Source of the DNA: Candidatus Daviesbacteria bacterium RIFCSPHIGHO2_02_FULL_43_12
GTDB lineage: Bacteria > Patescibacteriota > Microgenomatia > Daviesbacterales > UBA10151
Direction: 5' to 3'
Length of the DNA: 64,000 nucleotides
Assembly: GCA_001776775.1 (NCBI GenBank)
Contig: MFDD01000002.1
Span: 37,746 to 101,745, forward strand
Below, piece after piece: positions 58,021-64,000 of the stretch. A program made the translations under genes and the position numbers. Positions within the stretch are counted from its first letter, which is position 1. Every line of letters starts with the position of its first letter. The notes under the pieces are model-generated. The model was not told where the DNA came from, made no database searches, and saw only the letters and a program-made list of their open reading frames with translations.

Positions 58021-58704
58021 CTACTTACCGAAGCGGCGGGTACGGCGGTAGTATTCGTCAATAGCTTTTTCAAACTCGGCTTCGTCAAAATCCGGGAAAT
58101 ATTTGTCGGTAAAGTATAATTCACTATACACACCCTGCCAAGGCAAAAAGCCGCTTAACCGATACTCTCCACTGGTTCTAATAATGAAATCTGGATCCAT
58201 TTGGCCAGCAGTATATAGATTATTTGAAAATGTCGCCTCGTCTACAGACTCTAAGCCCTGTTTGATAATATTATTTACTGCCCGAAGAATCTCTGACCGA
58301 CCTCCATATCCCAAACCAACATTTAAAATAAGGGTACTGTTGTCTTTGGTCTCCTCGGTTAGTTTGTGGAGATTTTCTACCAAATCTTTGGGGAATCTAT
58401 CCAGCTCACCAATGACATTAACTCTGACTCCCTTTTTAATATACTTTTTAAGAAAACTACTCTTAAATAACTTTCTAAAGATATCCATGAGGTATGCGAT
58501 TTCCTCTGGGGAGCGGTTGAAGTTTTCGGTAGAAAAAACCCAAAAGGTTAGGTATTTAAGATGATGTTTGAGGGCGACCTTGACCAAGCCCTCGGTCCGT
58601 TCGTAACCTTTGGTATGCCCAACTACGCTAGGCAAGCCCTTGGCTTTGGCCCATCGCCTATTGCCATCGGGAATAATGGCAACGTGTTGGAGGTCTTGAG
58701 GCAT
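58021..58704 (-). CDS. uppS: Undecaprenyl diphosphate synthase
   Basis: IIPDGNRRWA, FSTENF, RTSGEYRLSGFL, RRFG. Confidence 0.97.
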   Translation of the reverse strand: MPQDLQHVAIIPDGNRRWAKAKGLPSVVGHTKGYERTEGLVKVALKHHLKYLTFWVFSTENFNRSPEEIAYLMDIFRKLFKSSFLKKYIKKGVRVNVIGELDRFPKDLVENLHKLTEETKDNSTLILNVGLGYGGRSEILRAVNNIIKQGLESVDEATFSNNLYTAGQMDPDFIIRTSGEYRLSGFLPWQGVYSELYFTDKYFPDFDEAEFEKAIDEYYRRTRRFGK

Positions 58705-58742
58705 AGAAGTGTTATTTTAAATTATTGATTTGGAAATAACAA

Positions 58743-59342
58743 TTATGAAAGTTTGAAACTGCCCTGGCGGAGTACCTGGATCTCGCCATTTTTTAAAGCT
58801 ATAACTGTTGATGAACCATTGGAGAGCTCTCCTTTATTAACGTAGAGATCAATTCTATCTCCAAAGTATTCTGCTGCCTCATCTATAGACTCTGCACTTT
58901 TACCCCCCGCTAAGTTAACGCTTGTTGAGACTAGCGGACCAGATTGGCACAGGATATTTTGTAAAAATTCATCCTTGGGAATTCGAAAAGCAAGAGACTC
59001 CTTACCTCGATGAAGATATTTAAACTGTGGATTAGGACAGGATAAAACAACACTGACAGGATTGGGCCATACTTTCCCTAGAATAGCTTTATTTTTTTCG
59101 TCCAAAAATATACCGAACTGATCTAAGTCTAGCAAACTAGAGATAAGAATAATCATCGGCTTGTCACCTTCCCTATTTTTGAGTCGGTAAATTCGTTCGA
59201 TTGTTTCCGGGAACTTAGCTGACCCATGCAGACCGTAGATAGTATCCGTGGGCAAAACCCCGACCCCTCCGGAAACCAAGAGCTGACAGATCTGGCCAAT
59301 CTCTTTTTTGGTTAATATATTAAACTCAAAAACAACGCTCAT
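58743..59342 (-). CDS. tsaC: Threonylcarbamoyl-AMP synthase (YrdC/TsaC)
   Basis: PTDTIYGL, LKNR, STSVNLAG, SSTVI, LRQG. Confidence 0.93.
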   Translation of the reverse strand: MSVVFEFNILTKKEIGQICQLLVSGGVGVLPTDTIYGLHGSAKFPETIERIYRLKNREGDKPMIILISSLLDLDQFGIFLDEKNKAILGKVWPNPVSVVLSCPNPQFKYLHRGKESLAFRIPKDEFLQNILCQSGPLVSTSVNLAGGKSAESIDEAAEYFGDRIDLYVNKGELSNGSSTVIALKNGEIQVLRQGSFKLS

Positions 59343-59357
59343 AACAAAAATCAGAGT

Positions 59358-60812
59358 TTATACTTCCCGAACCAAACCCTTATTAATTTCAATAACTCTA
59401 TTGATACCTATTTCATCAAGAAAAAATCTGTCATGAGAGACTACTATGAGCCCTCCCTTATAGCCAGTCAGAGCATCCTCTAGCACTTCCCTGCTATTAA
59501 TATCTAAATGATTGGTTGGTTCATCCAAAATAAGGAATTGGTTATCTTGGTGAGTTAAGATGGCAAAAGCTAGCTTCACTTTCTCTCCTTGGGAAATCTC
59601 ACTAATTCGGCTAAATACATGATTGCCTTTGAAGAGAAAACCTCCCAAAACACCTCTTGCTGCTTGCTCTCCATCTATCAAGGTTCTTTTCATGAAGGTA
59701 TCTAAAACAGTAGCTTTGTCATCGAATAATTCATGCTCTTGAGCAAAGTAACCCAATCTCACATCTTTACCTAATTCCACGGATCCCTCGTATTCTTTAA
59801 TTATCCCCACCAAGATCTTTATCAGGGTTGACTTTCCGGCCCCGTTTGAACCTTTTAAATGAATTCTATCTTCTCCGGAAATAAGTAGTTTCTCGCATTT
59901 AAAAAGATTTTTAAATTGTAATTTTTGAATATAAAATATAAATTTTCTTCCATTAGTCTGATCGCCAAAACTAGATATCTTGATCTGATCCTCTTTCTGA
60001 TACTTACCCATAGCCACATTGGTAATCTCTCTTTGATAACGGGTTTTCATCGCTTGCAACTGTTTACCTACCTTTGGATCCGGGTGCCCAGATAGATACT
60101 GTTTTCTGAGAGAAATCCATTGCTCCATTTGTTTTCGCTTCTTTTCAAAAAGAATATATTCTTCTTGATGTTTTTTTACATGCAGCTGCTTTTGAGTAAA
60201 GTAATCTGAATAGCCACCCTTGTACTCATAGATCCTATGATCCATTGGGTTTAGCTCAAAAATCCAGTCTACTGTATTATCTAGAAATGTTCGATCATGA
60301 GAAACTAGAAGTATAGAACCCTTGAAACTTTTAATAAAACCCTCCAGCCAATTTAGCGTTTCTGTATCAAGGTTATTGGTTGGTTCATCCAAAAGCATAA
60401 CCGATGGCTCTTCCAGTAGAACCCTAGCAATTCCTAGCTTAGTCTTCTGCCCTCCAGATAGTGTAGAAACTAATTGAGACTTTATGATATTGCCCAAGCT
60501 AACCCTGGAAAGCACATAATCTATTTTATATAGCTCCCAGTCATCTTTTAGCTCTTTCCGTAAAAAAGACTCTACCGTTGCATCCTCTGAAAAACTGATT
60601 ACTTGAGGTAAATATCCCACTATTTCATTAACTATACTAACGGATCCTTTGTCTGGCTCTTCAGCCCCCCTAATAATTTTAAAGATTGTACTTTTTCCTA
60701 AACCGTTAGGACCTATCAGGCCCACTTTTTGTTTTTCAGACACCACGAAAGATACACCATCCAAAATCACTTTATCTCCATATATTTTCTTCAGATTTTG
60801 AAGCTGAATCAT
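59358..60812 (-). CDS. ABC-F family ATPase
   Basis: Two NBDs (GPNGLGKS/GSNGAGKS, LSGGQ, LDEPTN), no TM. Confidence 0.92.
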   Translation of the reverse strand: MIQLQNLKKIYGDKVILDGVSFVVSEKQKVGLIGPNGLGKSTIFKIIRGAEEPDKGSVSIVNEIVGYLPQVISFSEDATVESFLRKELKDDWELYKIDYVLSRVSLGNIIKSQLVSTLSGGQKTKLGIARVLLEEPSVMLLDEPTNNLDTETLNWLEGFIKSFKGSILLVSHDRTFLDNTVDWIFELNPMDHRIYEYKGGYSDYFTQKQLHVKKHQEEYILFEKKRKQMEQWISLRKQYLSGHPDPKVGKQLQAMKTRYQREITNVAMGKYQKEDQIKISSFGDQTNGRKFIFYIQKLQFKNLFKCEKLLISGEDRIHLKGSNGAGKSTLIKILVGIIKEYEGSVELGKDVRLGYFAQEHELFDDKATVLDTFMKRTLIDGEQAARGVLGGFLFKGNHVFSRISEISQGEKVKLAFAILTHQDNQFLILDEPTNHLDINSREVLEDALTGYKGGLIVVSHDRFFLDEIGINRVIEINKGLVREV

Positions 60813-60853
60813 AATTTCTCTTTAAATTTAGAAAAGTATACTAGAAAAAGGGC

Positions 60854-62539
60854 TTATTGGTGAGCAACTCTTCCATCAGGCATATTGATGACCTTGGATA
60901 CTTTTAGCTGATCTACAAATTCAGAGTTATGCGAGATAATCATCAGTGTTCCTGTGTAGCCCCTAAGCGACTCTACAAATCTCCTAATCAATTCTGTACT
61001 CAAATTATTCGCTGGCTCGTCCAGTAGCATAAAGTTGGGCCGACGGAGCATCATTTTAGCCAAAGCCAGCTGTGTATGCTCTCCTTTACTCAACTCTTCA
61101 ATTCCTTTTCTTTGAATTTCCGTTGCGTCAAAACCCCAGAAAGACAAAACCGACCTAAGTTTTCCTTCATTAGGAGTTTGCATAGCAGCCCGAGCCTCTT
61201 CAAATACCCTACCTGAACCGCTAACCCCTTCCCTGTCCGGTGCATAGTAGCTAGTCACTAAACTTTGACCGAGAACAATTGATCCAGCATCAGGAGGAAA
61301 AGAACCAAAGCCTGCTACAGCGGCGATCATCCGCATAAGGGTACTTTTTCCAGATCCATTTTTTCCCGCAATTAAAGTTGTTTCACCCCTTCTTAGCTCG
61401 AATTTCCAATCAGGTAGATCGATCGCAACCCTGCCTCGGTAAGACTTTTGGATTCCATGAATGGCAAGAACGTCTTCTCCGCTTCTTCTAAGAATTTCAA
61501 ACTGCTGCGGTGTATACCGATCACTTCTTTTAGGAGTGTCGACACTGGGTAGCTGGGCCAACTCTTTCCTAGCTTGCTCTATTCGAGTTTCTATTGTGCC
61601 GACCCGTCGAGCCACTACACCACTCCGTCTAACATAGCCTTTAGCCTTAAAATCTTGAACTGATTCCTCTAGTTTGGCAATGTCTTGTTGTCTACTTCTT
61701 GCTGCAACTTCTTCCGCAGCAAGTGTCTGATCTCTTTTCTCTACAAACTCGTTATAACTACCTGAAAATGAAAAAACTCGACCTGTTTGAGTAATCTCTA
61801 CAACCTTACTGGCAAATCTATCAATAAATGCTGAATCTGTTGTTACCACCAAGGCAGCATTGGCTGGAGATCTTAGCGCATCAGAAAACCACCTTACAGA
61901 TTCTTTATCCAAGTGACTGGTAGGGTCGTCCAGTATTAATAGATCAGGCCTAGCAAAGAGAGCCTGTCCGATCAATAATCTGGTATGCTGGCCACTGCTA
62001 ACTTCATTTACTTTAGTACCCAGGTTAATATGCCCACCCGTTCTGGCATCAAATCTTAATCCAGCGAGTATCTCAGCTGCTTCAGATTCAGCTCTATACC
62101 CACCTCTCGCCTCATATTGATCCACAGCCTCTTGATATTGAGCTAAAAGTTTGAGGTTATCACTATCTCCTACGGCCAGATTCCGTTCTAGCTCTGCCTT
62201 TCTTCGCTCTAGTTGATCTAGACCTCGAGCACGCATAAATAACTCTCCGACTGTGGCACCCTCAGCAACATTTAATTCTCCTATATGCTGAGGGACATAG
62301 CTAGTTCTTATATTTTTAGGAACCTCTACAGTACCCGCTTCTGGTTGCAGCTTACCTGAAATAATCTTTAAAAGCACGCTTTTGCCAGTACCACTCGACC
62401 CTGTTAGGGCCACACTCTCTCTTTCCCTCACATTAAAAGAACAACCCTTAAAAAGGCGTCTCTCCGGTGAGCTAAAGCTAACATTATCGGCATTAACTAA
62501 AACCCTCCCTAGTTGTGGCTTTGTTGTTGTTCTCTCCAT
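60854..62539 (-). CDS. ABC-F family ATPase with degenerate motifs
   Basis: GSSGTGKS, VSSGQ, LDDPTS; GKNGSGKS, LSKGE, LDEPAN. Confidence 0.9.
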   Translation of the reverse strand: MERTTTKPQLGRVLVNADNVSFSSPERRLFKGCSFNVRERESVALTGSSGTGKSVLLKIISGKLQPEAGTVEVPKNIRTSYVPQHIGELNVAEGATVGELFMRARGLDQLERRKAELERNLAVGDSDNLKLLAQYQEAVDQYEARGGYRAESEAAEILAGLRFDARTGGHINLGTKVNEVSSGQHTRLLIGQALFARPDLLILDDPTSHLDKESVRWFSDALRSPANAALVVTTDSAFIDRFASKVVEITQTGRVFSFSGSYNEFVEKRDQTLAAEEVAARSRQQDIAKLEESVQDFKAKGYVRRSGVVARRVGTIETRIEQARKELAQLPSVDTPKRSDRYTPQQFEILRRSGEDVLAIHGIQKSYRGRVAIDLPDWKFELRRGETTLIAGKNGSGKSTLMRMIAAVAGFGSFPPDAGSIVLGQSLVTSYYAPDREGVSGSGRVFEEARAAMQTPNEGKLRSVLSFWGFDATEIQRKGIEELSKGEHTQLALAKMMLRRPNFMLLDEPANNLSTELIRRFVESLRGYTGTLMIISHNSEFVDQLKVSKVINMPDGRVAHQ

Positions 62540-62625
62540 AATTTACCCCATGATTAATCCATCAGGTCCTAAAGTATTTAATTAAATTGTAGCAATACAT
62601 TTTATGAAATATGTAATAAATTTGC

Positions 62626-64000
62626 TCATAGAGTGATTAGGAATCCCTTTATCACCCCTTCGTCTCTATTTTTTAAACTCTCCATGAATGAAGCAACGGG
62701 ATATAACATTGTATCCTTTTGCGAGCCATTTTCTACAAACCTCTTAACATAGAAATACTTTTCATCTTTAAATTGTACTTTCAGAAAACTGTTGAATAGT
62801 TTAGGAGTATTGTTAAACATCAGGTCGGTATTAAAAAATAGCTTCGAAATTTTCAAAAACCGACCGTATGTCTTTATTGAATCAAGAAGCAGGGTTAGTC
62901 TTTTGTGGTTTCTCATTAAGCGATCCGATCCATCTATACAATCAATTAATAGCAATTGATCACCTACGGTGTCTTTAAGTAGGAAGAGTCTAATGCGTCC
63001 TATTCGTAAATTGTTGTTATAGATATCTAAGTTGTTATTATTGATATCTGCTAAATAAACTGGGGCATATAGATCCGCAGATTTTCCTATGCTTGTACAG
63101 GCATACAGCTCATCTGATCTTGCATAATCATTCCAAGGATTTCTATCCCATGTCTTAATAAATAGGTCACTTTTACTATATCTGTCTATAAAGGTGTTTT
63201 GTGATCTTTTCAAGTAATTTTTAAGATCATCTAAATATCCAGAGATCTCCTTGCTCAAACATATTTTCTTTAGGTATTCAATTAATTTTACTAAATCTCC
63301 TGTTTCATGAGACTGTTTAATTCTTTCAATCAGGCTTCTTTGTTCATTGTATATTTTTTTTGTATTATGCTTGAAATAAGAACTTGGTAATAGGATTTTT
63401 TTTATCTCCTCATAAATAAAATTATTATCGACTTGTTTACCCGCGTAACACCATGCTTTAAACCAATTATTTCCGGTAGCATTATTTATATTCTTTATTT
63501 TACGAGTAATCTTTTGATTACTTAAAAGGGTTTTCTTGAAGTCAGACTCCTCTAACTGTTGCAGTATGTTTTGCTTGTGAAACTTTGGATATTTACTCCA
63601 CGATTGTAAAATTGCTAAAAAATACGGATCATTTAATAGTTCAGGGTGAGTATTAATTGCCTTATAATTTTCTGATTTAAGAATATAAAGTTTCAAAGCA
63701 ACAGGCGATTTTTTGAGAGGTTTTATATATTTGCCAGCCTTAACTATTTCAGGAATATTTAATACAAGTTGGAGGTATTCCTTTGAAACATTATTAAATT
63801 TAGCAAATTTCTTTAAAAGCATCTTTAAGGAGAAGTATTTTAAAATAGACGAAATGTTATCTACAAAAATGATAGAGATATCATTGCCATACTGAGATTG
63901 CACTTCCGTGCAAATGTCGAAAAACTGGCCTAAATCTTTTTCCTGCACAGCCGAGGTAACGGTTACTACACGTCTTAAAATATGTAGAGAAAGAATATTT
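62626..64000 (-). CDS. AT-rich hypothetical protein, 5' end outside the window
   Basis: Frame stays open from 63948 to the window edge; K/N/I-rich; WDRNPW..YACTS motif. Confidence 0.7.
   Translation of the reverse strand, partial: NILSLHILRRVVTVTSAVQEKDLGQFFDICTEVQSQYGNDISIIFVDNISSILKYFSLKMLLKKFAKFNNVSKEYLQLVLNIPEIVKAGKYIKPLKKSPVALKLYILKSENYKAINTHPELLNDPYFLAILQSWSKYPKFHKQNILQQLEESDFKKTLLSNQKITRKIKNINNATGNNWFKAWCYAGKQVDNNFIYEEIKKILLPSSYFKHNTKKIYNEQRSLIERIKQSHETGDLVKLIEYLKKICLSKEISGYLDDLKNYLKRSQNTFIDRYSKSDLFIKTWDRNPWNDYARSDELYACTSIGKSADLYAPVYLADINNNNLDIYNNNLRIGRIRLFLLKDTVGDQLLLIDCIDGSDRLMRNHKRLTLLLDSIKTYGRFLKISKLFFNTDLMFNNTPKLFNSFLKVQFKDEKYFYVKRFVENGSQKDTMLYPVASFMESLKNRDEGVIKGFLITL

Noticed and set aside
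1019-63895. Numerous short antisense or overlapping ORFs in the track (e.g. 15519-15887, 30191-30577, 58103-58564)
   Set aside because: Shadows of well-supported genes, with no motifs or start signals
1-64000. Alternative genetic code (TGA=Gly as in Gracilibacteria)
   Set aside because: Conserved genes are full length in code 11 and lexA and secG end at TGA at the expected position

Overview
A 64-kb chromosomal segment that looks like a Patescibacteria/CPR genome, probably Microgenomates group. This is inferred from the compact, largely leaderless gene structure, the secG-SBP5-YibE/F block and the CPR-style hypothetical proteins. It contains a low-GC type II R-M pair, pyk/zwf/gnd, a dispersed SOS set (dinB, uvrA, uvrB, uvrC, lexA), a peptidoglycan cluster (GH18-GH19 fusion, S11 carboxypeptidase, PBP1A), translation/envelope genes (typA, tsaC, uppS, rsmI, two ABC-F) and four tRNAs. 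No rRNA, CRISPR array, integrase or transposase was seen. Main discoveries: (1) a direct-repeat operator C(G/A)AA-N5-CCCGAA at the dinB-operon, uvrA, uvrB and lexA promoters, the candidate LexA box, which controls an ~80-aa gene coupled to DinB; (2) at least 11 arrays with 7-nt periodicity, from several sequence families, often as inverted pairs and often in-frame inside conserved proteins or signal peptides, one of which may phase-vary a secreted glycoside hydrolase; (3) REP/RPE-like palindromes inside coding sequences and a 54-bp duplicated hairpin beside two SOS promoters; (4) pervasive leaderless genes. All family assignments are from motif recognition by eye, without database searches.
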